Position numbers and translations under genes: made by a program. A DNA stretch of 64,000 nt, from contig JBDTGA010000006.1 in NCBI GenBank assembly GCA_039937655.1, positions 20,680 to 84,679 on the forward strand, in the 5' to 3' direction. The notes beneath the pieces were generated by a model. That model was not told where the DNA came from. It saw nothing but the letters and a program-made list of their open reading frames with translations, and made no database searches. The stretch is from Ginsengibacter sp. (lineage in GTDB: Bacteria > Bacteroidota > Bacteroidia > Chitinophagales > Chitinophagaceae). Below, piece after piece: positions 19,098 through 28,195 of this stretch (position 1 is the stretch's first letter; each line of letters opens with the position of its first letter).

Positions 19098-20402
19098 ATG
19101 GTCAAAAAACATTTTTACAATGTACTTTTTACAGGTTTAATGTTGCTCTTGTTTGTTACTTACGCAAAAAGCCAGGTAATTGACAGTGTTCATTATTCAA
19201 AAGATACTATCTATTTAAAACCGGAAGATACCCTTTTTATAAGGCCGGTTGACACTCTTTTGCGAATCAAGAATTTTAGCCCCTACTTTACTTTGCATGT
19301 AGATTCTACACTTGATTATCAGTTTGAGATCAATAAAAATCCAAATGAATATTACTGGTATTTAAAAAATTCTCCGGTAGGATTAAGAATCAATAAAGAC
19401 AATGGGGAGCTTCATTTTAAAGCAACAAAATCTTTTTTCTTATCTGGAAAACTGAAATATGATAATGAGTATAAAGTAAAGCTCGGTGTTCAAAACTTAA
19501 ATGATCCCAATGACAAAGTGGACACTACGTTTACACTTCTCTTCTATAATACAGATATCATACCTTCTGTCATAAAACCTACAATAGGCAATGACCTTTC
19601 TATAGACGAAGGAGATACACTTAATTTTAAGCTACAATGTGAAAACGGAAGTTTTCCAATTGAATCCATTACCTATTTCTGCAATTATCCTATACGGTCA
19701 TCCACTCCTATTACTCAATGTGGTGATGACTTTACATGGGTGATACCTTACGATTTTATTAAAGAAGATGAAAAGGTAAATCAAAAAACGCTCATCATTA
19801 AATTTATAGGTGTAGATAAATTCTACAATCGGGATACTACAATTGTAACAGTTCTGGTAAACGAAAGCATCAATTATCCGAGAAGATTGATTGAATATAA
19901 TAAGATAAGTGACAATATTGAAACCTATATCACACAGTTAAAAAACACATTCAGGTATCTGGATAAGCAAATAAAAAGCACTAAAAATACAAGAACCACC
20001 TTCGATCTTACATCAGCTACAACTGCTCTGGGAGGTACTGTTTTCTCCTCTTTGCCTAATGATGGTTCACATACAGTGGGTAAGATCTTACCAAGTGTTG
20101 GTGTTGCACTCGTTCCTGTAAAAGAAGCCGTGGCTCCTAATAAGAATGATGAACTGAATTCCGCCTCCCTGGTCAGGAATAGTATTAAACGACTACAATA
20201 TTTACTTAATAACAATTCGTTAATCGGAGACATAGACCCTGACATTGTTAAAAAAGCAGCCAAAATGAGAGACGAATTACAACAGGTACAACTTCAATTA
20301 ATAGACGTTCCCCTCGTAGATGATACTACGGATAGCGAAGCCCTCGATAAGTATTTTAACGATCCTAAAGTGAACAAAAAATATCGCTTAAAAGCTAAAT
20401 AG
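19098..20402 (+). CDS. Hypothetical exported protein with a cadherin/Ig-like N-terminal region (434 aa)
   Basis: It has a signal peptide and a YWYLKNSPVGLRINKDNGELHFKA segment resembling putative-Ig/dystroglycan-type cadherin-like repeats. The C-terminal part looks helical. Confidence 0.6.
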   Translation: MVKKHFYNVLFTGLMLLLFVTYAKSQVIDSVHYSKDTIYLKPEDTLFIRPVDTLLRIKNFSPYFTLHVDSTLDYQFEINKNPNEYYWYLKNSPVGLRINKDNGELHFKATKSFFLSGKLKYDNEYKVKLGVQNLNDPNDKVDTTFTLLFYNTDIIPSVIKPTIGNDLSIDEGDTLNFKLQCENGSFPIESITYFCNYPIRSSTPITQCGDDFTWVIPYDFIKEDEKVNQKTLIIKFIGVDKFYNRDTTIVTVLVNESINYPRRLIEYNKISDNIETYITQLKNTFRYLDKQIKSTKNTRTTFDLTSATTALGGTVFSSLPNDGSHTVGKILPSVGVALVPVKEAVAPNKNDELNSASLVRNSIKRLQYLLNNNSLIGDIDPDIVKKAAKMRDELQQVQLQLIDVPLVDDTTDSEALDKYFNDPKVNKKYRLKAK

Positions 20403-20405
20403 ATC

Positions 20406-20636
20406 TTACGGAACAGGGTCGTGACCATGGCCGCCCCAGGGATTGCAACGGACAATTCTTTTCAAAGTGAGCCAGAATCCTTTTATAGGCCCATATTTTT
20501 TAAATGCTTCCAGCCCATATTGAGAACAGGTCGGCGTATAGCGGCACGATGGACCGAGCCAGGGAGAGATTATCCACTGATATATCTTTATCAATGCTAT
20601 AAAGGGAAAGGAAATTATTTGTTTTGCACTGGGCAT
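20406..20636 (-). CDS. yidD: Membrane protein insertion efficiency factor YidD
   Basis: 76 aa. The [26 protein letters not shown]...[14 protein letters not shown] signature matches YidD. Confidence 0.85.
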   Translation of the reverse strand: MPSAKQIISFPFIALIKIYQWIISPWLGPSCRYTPTCSQYGLEAFKKYGPIKGFWLTLKRIVRCNPWGGHGHDPVP

Positions 20637-20704
20637 ATTGTTACTTCAAAGATAAGGATCATGGGTTAATTTATTTTTTAGCAGGAGTCAATCAAATTCC
20701 GGAG

Positions 20705-20740
20705 ACAAAAAACAGGGTTAAAAAAGTTTTCATCCCTGTG
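20705..20740 (-). terminator. Rho-independent terminator downstream of the DoxX-like gene
   Basis: On the minus strand the stem ACAGGG/CCCTGT (20734-20739 / 20712-20717) is followed by a U-run (plus-strand A-run at 20706-20711). Confidence 0.6.
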
Positions 20741-20753
20741 AAGCGAAATCCTA

Positions 20754-21131
20754 TCAATGTTTTGATAAATTTCCGATCACAATGGCTCCCATGGCGATTG
20801 CCGTATCTTTTAAAGCATTGGTAAGAAAAAGCATTTTTACTTTCAGCAAAGGGGCATGGATGATTCCGGGAATATGAACCCCCAAAACAATAATCAAAAG
20901 GAGAAAAGCGATCAGATACCCTGCAGGCTTTGCAAAACGGTCAATGATGAAGGCGACAGCACCGATTATCAGCCCGACACCGGACAGGTAAATAAACACC
21001 TTGGGCGCAGGCAGGAATTTGGGCGCCGCAGCTACTAATTTATCCGCATTCAATAGTTGATTGGCACCAAAGAAAGCTATGATCAAAGCAAAAATAATGA
21101 TAGCAATTACCGTATAATTTGAATTCTTCAT
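20754..21131 (-). CDS. DoxX-family small membrane protein
   Basis: 125 aa with four hydrophobic segments; size and topology are typical of the DoxX family. Confidence 0.6.
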   Translation of the reverse strand: MKNSNYTVIAIIIFALIIAFFGANQLLNADKLVAAAPKFLPAPKVFIYLSGVGLIIGAVAFIIDRFAKPAGYLIAFLLLIIVLGVHIPGIIHAPLLKVKMLFLTNALKDTAIAMGAIVIGNLSKH

Positions 21132-21271
21132 GCTGGTATTTTTAATTAAATATAGAGTATCCTGAAAATATGTAAAATGAAAATGAAAAATAAATTATTT
21201 ATTCCACCGAATTACTACATCAGCAATTCTCTCCTCAAAAGTATTTACAGAGATTTCGGCTCCATAGTCTT

Positions 21272-23248
21272 TTACTTAGCTTTCGTATTATGAAGTGAGC
21301 GATCCTGCCGCAATTCATTATTCTTAAACAAAAAATAGGCACTCTGATAAAAAGCAATGGCTTCATCTACGATAGCACTTCCTAATGGTGCGGATTCCTG
21401 GGTGTCAGTGTCTTTTTTATACAAATAACTATCTGTTTTTTGCAAAAGGCTTAAGATAACCAGACTGTCATTTTTTAAATAGGCCAGTTTTTCATAAGTA
21501 CCAAGAAAAGCTCTGGGAGTATAGTTATCAGCGCGCACATCTTTTCCATATCCATTGCTTTCATAACTCCAGTTTAAGAGCCCGAAAAGAGTAGGGTACA
21601 AATCTATTTGTGAGCAGGTCTTTTCAATTTTCATTTTCATTTTTTGGGATGGATAGTAAATGATGCACGGAATATGATATTTTGCTACATCTATTTCATC
21701 TTTTCCGGCACTACTGGCACAATGGTCTGCTACAAAAATAAAAACGGTATTGGAGTACCATGCTTTTTGACTTGCCTCTTTCAGAAATTCGCCAATAGCA
21801 AAGTCAGTATATTTTACGGCTGCATCTCTGCTGCCAGTCGGGAGGTTAATTTTTCCCTGAGGAAATGTAAAAGGCCTGTGATTTGAGGTCGTCATCACGA
21901 AATCATAGAATAGTTGCTTTTTTTCATGCAGGCTATCTGCATTTCTAATTACTGCTTCATAAAGATCCTCATCACATACACCCCAGGCATTTCCAAAATG
22001 GATATCTTTATCAGGGATACTGGTACGTGTAACAGGAAATTTATCTTTTATTAAAAGGTTTCTGCCCTTATCGGTGATGTTATATCCGTTATTTCCGAAG
22101 AAATTATTCATATTGTCGAAGTATCCGTCTCCTCCATAAATAAAATTGCGACTATAACCTGCCTTCCCAAAAATATGGCCGGTGGTGGTAAGGTTCTCAT
22201 TATTGGGGCTACGTACAATACTGTTCCCGGGAGTCGGGGGTATGCCGAGAGATAAGGCTTCCATGCCCCGAACGGTACGGGTACCGGTAGCATACATATT
22301 GGTAAATAAAACTCCCTGTTGAGCCAGCGAATCCAGGACAGGGGTAAGGTGGCTGGTATTCCCAAAAGCCCCCATGAATTCTGCACTGAAACTTTCTATA
22401 GTAATCATGATCACATTGGGCTTTAGTGCTGTAGAATCATGGTGTATCCACCTTCTGATACTTCTCCCAGGTTCTGTGTATTTCATGCCTGGTTCTACAA
22501 GATCATTTCTCACAATAGCAAACGCGGTATCTGTATTAATGAGCCGATAGAAGTGATCATAGTTAAGTTCATTATTCTTAAACGCCGCGAAGAATGAAAA
22601 GATACCGGATTTAGAAAGTTCGTTTTTATAATGATTCTGGCTTTTTTCTGCCATATTGTTACTTAAAAAAGAGATGCCTCCAAGAGCGATAAAGGCGACT
22701 ATACCGGTATATAGGAGCCTGGCAGAGAACCTTGTATCGGAATGGAAGCTATTTTTGAAGATTCCCGTTTTATTCAAAATCCAGGTAAGCAATAAACAGG
22801 CTGATACCATACCCCCGATCAACAGAGGCAACGGGTAAGATTCATCAATATTATGGATCACTTCGTACGTATATACCAGATAGTCAACCGCTATAAAATT
22901 AAAGCGGTTTTTAAATTCAAGCCAGAAGGTTACTTCAGCAAAAAAAGAAAAAATGACGAGGAATGAAACAAACACAAACCCTGCATAAGTTAGTATGCGG
23001 TTAAAGAGGCTTTTATTAATCTTTTGAGGTAATAATAGCAGGTAAACAGAATAAAGTAATACTATCAAACAAGCAACTACCAGATCAAAGCAAAAACCGG
23101 TAAGGAAGATGGCCGGTATGTCAATCAAATGTAGGCCCGACCTCGAAAATGACAAGATAAGGAGGCCTGCCCTCAATAGAAAGGAGGCACCCAAGAAGAA
23201 GAGAAGAAACCCTGTGAGTACACTGTATCTCGAACGTAACAGACGCAT
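21272..23248 (-). CDS. LTA synthase / phosphoglycerol-transferase family sulfatase-domain membrane protein
   Basis: 658 aa with an N-terminal multi-TM block and an extracytoplasmic alkaline-phosphatase/sulfatase fold (ITIESFSAEF, TSNHRPF, ADHC). Confidence 0.8.
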   Translation of the reverse strand: MRLLRSRYSVLTGFLLFFLGASFLLRAGLLILSFSRSGLHLIDIPAIFLTGFCFDLVVACLIVLLYSVYLLLLPQKINKSLFNRILTYAGFVFVSFLVIFSFFAEVTFWLEFKNRFNFIAVDYLVYTYEVIHNIDESYPLPLLIGGMVSACLLLTWILNKTGIFKNSFHSDTRFSARLLYTGIVAFIALGGISFLSNNMAEKSQNHYKNELSKSGIFSFFAAFKNNELNYDHFYRLINTDTAFAIVRNDLVEPGMKYTEPGRSIRRWIHHDSTALKPNVIMITIESFSAEFMGAFGNTSHLTPVLDSLAQQGVLFTNMYATGTRTVRGMEALSLGIPPTPGNSIVRSPNNENLTTTGHIFGKAGYSRNFIYGGDGYFDNMNNFFGNNGYNITDKGRNLLIKDKFPVTRTSIPDKDIHFGNAWGVCDEDLYEAVIRNADSLHEKKQLFYDFVMTTSNHRPFTFPQGKINLPTGSRDAAVKYTDFAIGEFLKEASQKAWYSNTVFIFVADHCASSAGKDEIDVAKYHIPCIIYYPSQKMKMKIEKTCSQIDLYPTLFGLLNWSYESNGYGKDVRADNYTPRAFLGTYEKLAYLKNDSLVILSLLQKTDSYLYKKDTDTQESAPLGSAIVDEAIAFYQSAYFLFKNNELRQDRSLHNTKAK

Positions 23249-23398
23249 AAAGTTGAATTATTTGTTTTTTCTAGAAGTAATGCTGCAGGTTTACCCTTAT
23301 CATTTCAAGGATTTTTTAACATTGATTTTTCTGCAAATATTAGAGGTAAAATTAGATAAAATTTGTCTTTACGTTAAAAGAAATGCTGTTCCCTATTC

Positions 23399-23615
23399 TC
23401 ACCCATTCCTTCCGTCTGGATATATTATAAAATCGAATGGCTTTTTTCCTTCTTGTAATTTTCCGGCTAGTTGAAGGCTGTCGCCAAAATGGGTATTATC
23501 ATCAACCTCCTCCATACACAATCCGTAATTTTTCTTTTAGTGAACCAGGAAAAGAGAAGAAAGTAAAAACAGCCAATGGAGCGAAGTAAAATCTTGTCGT
23601 CGGAAGCCGCAGGCC
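23399..23615 (-). pseudogene. Frameshifted C-terminal remnant of an S9B (DPP-IV-like) serine peptidase
   Basis: My own translation of one frame gives GLRLPTTRFYFAPLAVFTFFSFPGSLKEKLRIVYGGG*. The next frame gives MEEVDDNTHFGDSLQLAGKLQEGKKPFDFIIYPDGRNG*. Together they mimic the ...MGLPT...LLIHGTADDNVHF...YPDxxHG C-terminus of S9 peptidases. No upstream catalytic part remains. Confidence 0.5.
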
Positions 23616-23780
23616 TTTTTAATAAAACACCACAAGATGTCCATCGGGATTAAAAAAAATTACCCCTCAAATAGGGAGTGAAACAAATTTCTAAAAAGCA
23701 ACCGGTTCCCAAAAATAATGCTCATTCCCTTTCATATCATGCCTCAAACCCCTTATCTTTGCGCAAAATTTAGGAAACGT

Positions 23781-24875
23781 ATGGTTTCGAAGAGCATGAA
23801 ATCTTTATTGGTAGCGGCTTTTAGCCTTACACTGGCACTTTTTTCGCCTGCAGCCTTTTCTCAGGAAAAACCGGCTGAACACACACAGCCTACTGAAAAG
23901 TTTGATCCTACCACCGTAATTCTTGACCACGTACAGGATGCTTATGAATTTCATTTCTTTTCGATAGGTGATTTTCACGCAAATATTTATCTGCCTGTAA
24001 TTCTATATTCTCCCGAAAAAGGATGGTCTTTTTTTTCCTCTTCTAAGTTTGGCCACGAAGGCACAGAGATATATGATGGTTATAAACTTGCAGGTGGAAA
24101 AAGCATTGTAGCTGTGGAAGAAGGTGCAAAGATTTACGATTTTTCTTTAACCCGTAATGTAGTGCAAACATTTCTTGCTCTGGCTCTCTTCATTGTTTTC
24201 ATGATTAAAATCGCCAATAAATATAAAAGAGGTGAAGGCGTAACTTCCGCTCCCTCCGGATCACAGGGTTTTATGGAACCAATCATCATTTTTATTCGCG
24301 AAAATGTAGCTAAAGTAAACCTTGGCGACCGTTGGGAAAAATACATGCCCTATTTGCTTACCCTGTTTTTCTTCATTCTGATAAACACTCTTTTTGGCCT
24401 GATCCCCGGAGCAGCGAACGTAACCGGGAATATCGCTTTCACCTTAATATTAGGAATCATTTCTTTGATTATAATCTTAGGTAGTACAACCACCCATTTC
24501 TGGAAACACCTTTTCTGGCCTCCGGGAGTACCGTTTCTGGTAAAACTTATTTTAGTTCCGGTGGAACTTTTTGGTGTATTCGTTATCAAACCCGGAGCCT
24601 TGATTATTCGTCTTTTTGCAAACATGATCTCAGGCCATATCGTGGTCCTCGCTTTCATTTCACTCATCTTTATTTTTGGAGAAATGAATAAGGGAATCGG
24701 ATGGGGCTTCTCACCTTTTTCTGTGTTATTTATTGTATTCGATTATTTTATAGAATTATTAGTAGCATTTATCCAGGCATTTATATTTACGGTACTTACT
24801 GCCATATTTATAGGCCAGGGATTTGAAGGAAGTACACATGATGTACACCCAGGCTCTCACGACGGACTTTTATAA
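23781..24875 (+). CDS. atpB: F0F1 ATP synthase subunit a
   Basis: The C-terminal LRLFANMISGH motif (conserved Arg) is present and the gene heads the atp cluster. The start was taken at the ATG 63 nt inside the track ORF. Confidence 0.9.
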   Translation: MVSKSMKSLLVAAFSLTLALFSPAAFSQEKPAEHTQPTEKFDPTTVILDHVQDAYEFHFFSIGDFHANIYLPVILYSPEKGWSFFSSSKFGHEGTEIYDGYKLAGGKSIVAVEEGAKIYDFSLTRNVVQTFLALALFIVFMIKIANKYKRGEGVTSAPSGSQGFMEPIIIFIRENVAKVNLGDRWEKYMPYLLTLFFFILINTLFGLIPGAANVTGNIAFTLILGIISLIIILGSTTTHFWKHLFWPPGVPFLVKLILVPVELFGVFVIKPGALIIRLFANMISGHIVVLAFISLIFIFGEMNKGIGWGFSPFSVLFIVFDYFIELLVAFIQAFIFTVLTAIFIGQGFEGSTHDVHPGSHDGLL

Positions 24876-24891
24876 ATTTTTTTATTCATAA

Positions 24892-25158
<267 letters not shown>

Positions 25159-25171
25159 GCACAAAAAATAT

Positions 25172-25216
25172 TACTGTATCCAAAGCACAGGGCGGAGGGT
25201 ACAGTATTTTTCTTTT
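25172..25216 (+). terminator. Hairpin plus U-run between atpE and atpF (intra-operon attenuator or partial terminator candidate)
   Basis: TACTGTATCC (25172-25181) pairs with GGTACAGTA (25198-25206), giving 9 bp with one bulge, followed by TTTTTCTTTT. Confidence 0.55.
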
Positions 25217-25278
25217 AAAAATTAGTTTTAGATATAAAATTCAGCATAAGCTGATTTTCAAATTTTCAAATTTTTTTT

Positions 25279-25773
25279 ATGGAACTTTTAAATCCTAAGC
25301 TTGGTTTGATCGTATGGACACTCATTGCGTTCGGTATTACTTTATGGATCCTTGGCAAATTTGCCTGGAAACCTATTTTAAAATCTCTGGACGACAGAGA
25401 GAAAAATATCAGCGACTCTATTCTTTCTGCTGAAAATGTACGCAAAGAAATGGCTGCCATGAAAAATGAAAACGAAGCATTGCTCGCCAAGGCGCGTGAA
25501 GAAAGATCACAAATGATGAGGGATGCGAAGGAAACCCGTGATAAGATTCTCCAGGAAGCCAAAGAGCAGGCACGTAAGGAAACCAGTAAAATTGTCGCCG
25601 ACGCACAAAGCGTGATCAATCAGCAAAAGATGGCTGCGATCACAGATTTGAAAAACCAGGTGGGAAATCTTGTTCTGGAAGTAAGTGAGAAAGTATTGCG
25701 CCGCGAACTCAACAATAAGCCCGATCAGGAAAAATACATTCAGCAACTTACGGAAAATGTTGAGTTGAATTAA
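25279..25773 (+). CDS. atpF: F0F1 ATP synthase subunit b
   Basis: 164 aa with a single N-terminal TM segment and a long charged coiled coil, in the expected position in the atp cluster. Confidence 0.85.
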   Translation: MELLNPKLGLIVWTLIAFGITLWILGKFAWKPILKSLDDREKNISDSILSAENVRKEMAAMKNENEALLAKAREERSQMMRDAKETRDKILQEAKEQARKETSKIVADAQSVINQQKMAAITDLKNQVGNLVLEVSEKVLRRELNNKPDQEKYIQQLTENVELN

Positions 25774-25788
25774 TTAAAGAAAAGAGAC

Positions 25789-26352
25789 ATGAACAATCCA
25801 CGTTTAGCACAACGGTATGCAAAAAGCCTGATAGACATTGCGACAGATATGAAGCAACTGGACGAGGTGCATAATGATGTTTTATTCCTGGAAGCGGTAG
25901 TAAAAAAGAGCCGTGAATTTGTTGTAATGCTGGATAGCCCCATCATTAATCCTAACAAAAAATATAAAGTGATTACGGCAGTTACCGGAGGAAAGATTTC
26001 TAAGATTACAGACACATTTCTAAAATTACTCTGCAATAAAAGCAGGGAAGCTAATCTACCCGGAGTAATTACTTCCTTTCTTCAACAATACAATACTGTC
26101 AAAGGATTGCATAGTGCAAAACTTACCACAGCGGCCCCCATCAGTAAGGAGCTTACCGATTCTTTTATCTCCCGTATCAAAACCTCAACCTCCTTCGACC
26201 ACGTTGAACTTGAATCTGTGGTAGATGATAGGATCATCGGAGGATTCATTCTTGAAATGGAAGGGAAACTAATTGACAACAGCATCTTACGAAACCTCAA
26301 TGATGTGAAAAAGCAATTTGCTAACAACGACTATCTTCATAAATTAAGATAA
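25789..26352 (+). CDS. atpH: F0F1 ATP synthase subunit delta (OSCP)
   Basis: 187 aa. The N-terminal RYAKSLIDIA is typical of OSCP/delta, and the gene sits between atpF and atpA. Confidence 0.85.
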   Translation: MNNPRLAQRYAKSLIDIATDMKQLDEVHNDVLFLEAVVKKSREFVVMLDSPIINPNKKYKVITAVTGGKISKITDTFLKLLCNKSREANLPGVITSFLQQYNTVKGLHSAKLTTAAPISKELTDSFISRIKTSTSFDHVELESVVDDRIIGGFILEMEGKLIDNSILRNLNDVKKQFANNDYLHKLR

Positions 26353-26519
26353 TTTTTTTGCTGCTGTATTTTACTGCAACTTTTCTACCTCTCATTTCCT
26401 GTTCAAGGCTTCTGCTTTTCTATTACCGGAAAGAATGAATTTCTTTTGATTTACCCGGTCTTTACTTTTGTATTTGCAATTGCTTTCCATACCTTTGCAG
26501 CCTCAAAAAAACTAATAAT

Positions 26520-28097
26520 ATGGTTGATATAAAACCTGATGAAATTTCGGCGATTCTCAAAAGCCAGCTTAGTAATCTGGATGTAGAATCCAACCTCGAA
26601 GAAATAGGAACTGTATTACAGGTGGGTGATGGCATCGCCCGTGTGTATGGACTGAATAACGTAAGTTCCGGAGAATTGGTAGAATTCGAAAACGGAGTGA
26701 AAGCCATTGCACTTAATCTCGAAGAAGACAATGTGGGTGTGGTTCTGATGGGAGATAGCGGCGATATCAAAGAAGGCGGAATGGTAAAGCGCACCGGAAT
26801 GATCGCTTCTATAAAAGTAGGTGATGGGCTGGCGGGCCGTGTCATTAATACGCTGGGGGATCCTATTGACGGAAGAGGCCCTATTACCGGAGATTTATAT
26901 GAAATGCCGCTTGAGCGTAAGGCACCCGGTGTAATTTTTCGTGAGCCGGTAAAACAGCCTTTACAAACAGGTATCAAAGCGATAGACGCCATGATCCCTA
27001 TCGGCCGTGGGCAGCGTGAACTGGTAATCGGCGATCGCCAGACCGGAAAGAGTGCTATTTGTATTGATACCATTATTAATCAGAAAGAATTTTATAAAGC
27101 AGGAAATCCTGTTTATTGTATTTATGTTGCTATTGGCCAAAAAGCCTCTACCATTGCCAACGTAATGAAGGTATTGGAAGATCATGGCGCGATGGAATAT
27201 ACCACTATCGTAGCGGCTTCTGCATCAGAGCCTGCGCCACTTCAATTCTATGCCCCATTTGCGGGTGCTGCAATCGGAGAATTTTTCCGCGATACCGGAC
27301 GTCACGCTCTGATCATTTATGATGATTTGAGCAAACAGGCGGTGGCTTACCGTGAAGTTTCTCTCTTGTTAAGAAGGCCCCCGGGACGTGAAGCTTATCC
27401 GGGAGATGTATTCTATTTACACAGTCGCTTACTGGAAAGGTCTGCGAAAATTGTATCGAAAGATGAGATCGCCAGAAAGATGAATGATCTTCCTGAAAAC
27501 ATTAAACATCTGGTAAAAGGTGGAGGTTCATTGACTGCTTTGCCGATTATTGAAACTCAGGCAGGCGACGTATCTGCTTATATTCCTACCAATGTAATTT
27601 CTATTACCGACGGCCAGATATTTTTGGAAGGTAATTTGTTCAATGCCGGTATTCGTCCCGCTATCAACGTGGGTATTTCTGTAAGCCGTGTAGGTGGTAA
27701 TGCACAGATCAAATCAATGAAAAAAGTAGCCGGTACTTTAAAACTTGACCAGGCATTATACCGTGAAATGGAAGCGTTTTCTAAATTCGGCGGAGATCTG
27801 GACGCAGCTACAAAATCTGTTCTGGACAAAGGTGCAAGAAACGTTGAAATCCTAAAACAGCCTCAGTTTACTCCATACTCTGTAGAAAAACAAGTGGCTA
27901 TTATTTACCTCGGTACATTCGGCCTTATAAGCAACGTTGCCGTAAAAAATGTTCAGGATTTTGAAGAACAATTTTTATTGGAAATGGAAAATAAATTACC
28001 AGAAGTTCTTATGGAATTCAAGAAAGGAAGTTTACCTGAAGAAGGAATTAAGAAGATGGTAGAACTGGCAAAGGAAATATCACATCAGTTTCAATAA
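26520..28097 (+). CDS. atpA: F0F1 ATP synthase subunit alpha
   Basis: 525 aa with the Walker A motif GDRQTGKS and a highly conserved alpha-subunit sequence throughout. Confidence 0.95.
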   Translation: MVDIKPDEISAILKSQLSNLDVESNLEEIGTVLQVGDGIARVYGLNNVSSGELVEFENGVKAIALNLEEDNVGVVLMGDSGDIKEGGMVKRTGMIASIKVGDGLAGRVINTLGDPIDGRGPITGDLYEMPLERKAPGVIFREPVKQPLQTGIKAIDAMIPIGRGQRELVIGDRQTGKSAICIDTIINQKEFYKAGNPVYCIYVAIGQKASTIANVMKVLEDHGAMEYTTIVAASASEPAPLQFYAPFAGAAIGEFFRDTGRHALIIYDDLSKQAVAYREVSLLLRRPPGREAYPGDVFYLHSRLLERSAKIVSKDEIARKMNDLPENIKHLVKGGGSLTALPIIETQAGDVSAYIPTNVISITDGQIFLEGNLFNAGIRPAINVGISVSRVGGNAQIKSMKKVAGTLKLDQALYREMEAFSKFGGDLDAATKSVLDKGARNVEILKQPQFTPYSVEKQVAIIYLGTFGLISNVAVKNVQDFEEQFLLEMENKLPEVLMEFKKGSLPEEGIKKMVELAKEISHQFQ

Positions 28098-28120
28098 TTG
28101 TATTATTTTATTTGATTATA

Positions 28121-28148
28121 AAGGGAGAAAAATTTCTCCCTTTTTTTA
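28121..28148 (+). terminator. Rho-independent terminator after atpA
   Basis: GGGAGAA/TTCTCCC stem (28123-28140) followed by TTTTTTT. Confidence 0.7.
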
Positions 28149-28195
28149 TTATTTATTCTCAAAAGGGTTGGGTATTACATCCGGATACAGAGAGA

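Noticed and set aside
26462-27073. Long antisense ORFs inside well-supported genes: 203 aa opposite atpA here, 214 aa at 47014-47658 opposite pfkB, 215 aa at 28928-29575 opposite mutL, and 164 aa at 1805-2299 opposite the JmjC gene.
   Set aside because: These are typical shadow ORFs. Their translations are low-complexity, Ser/Pro/Ile-rich and motif-free, and they are fully embedded in genes whose own translations are strongly conserved.
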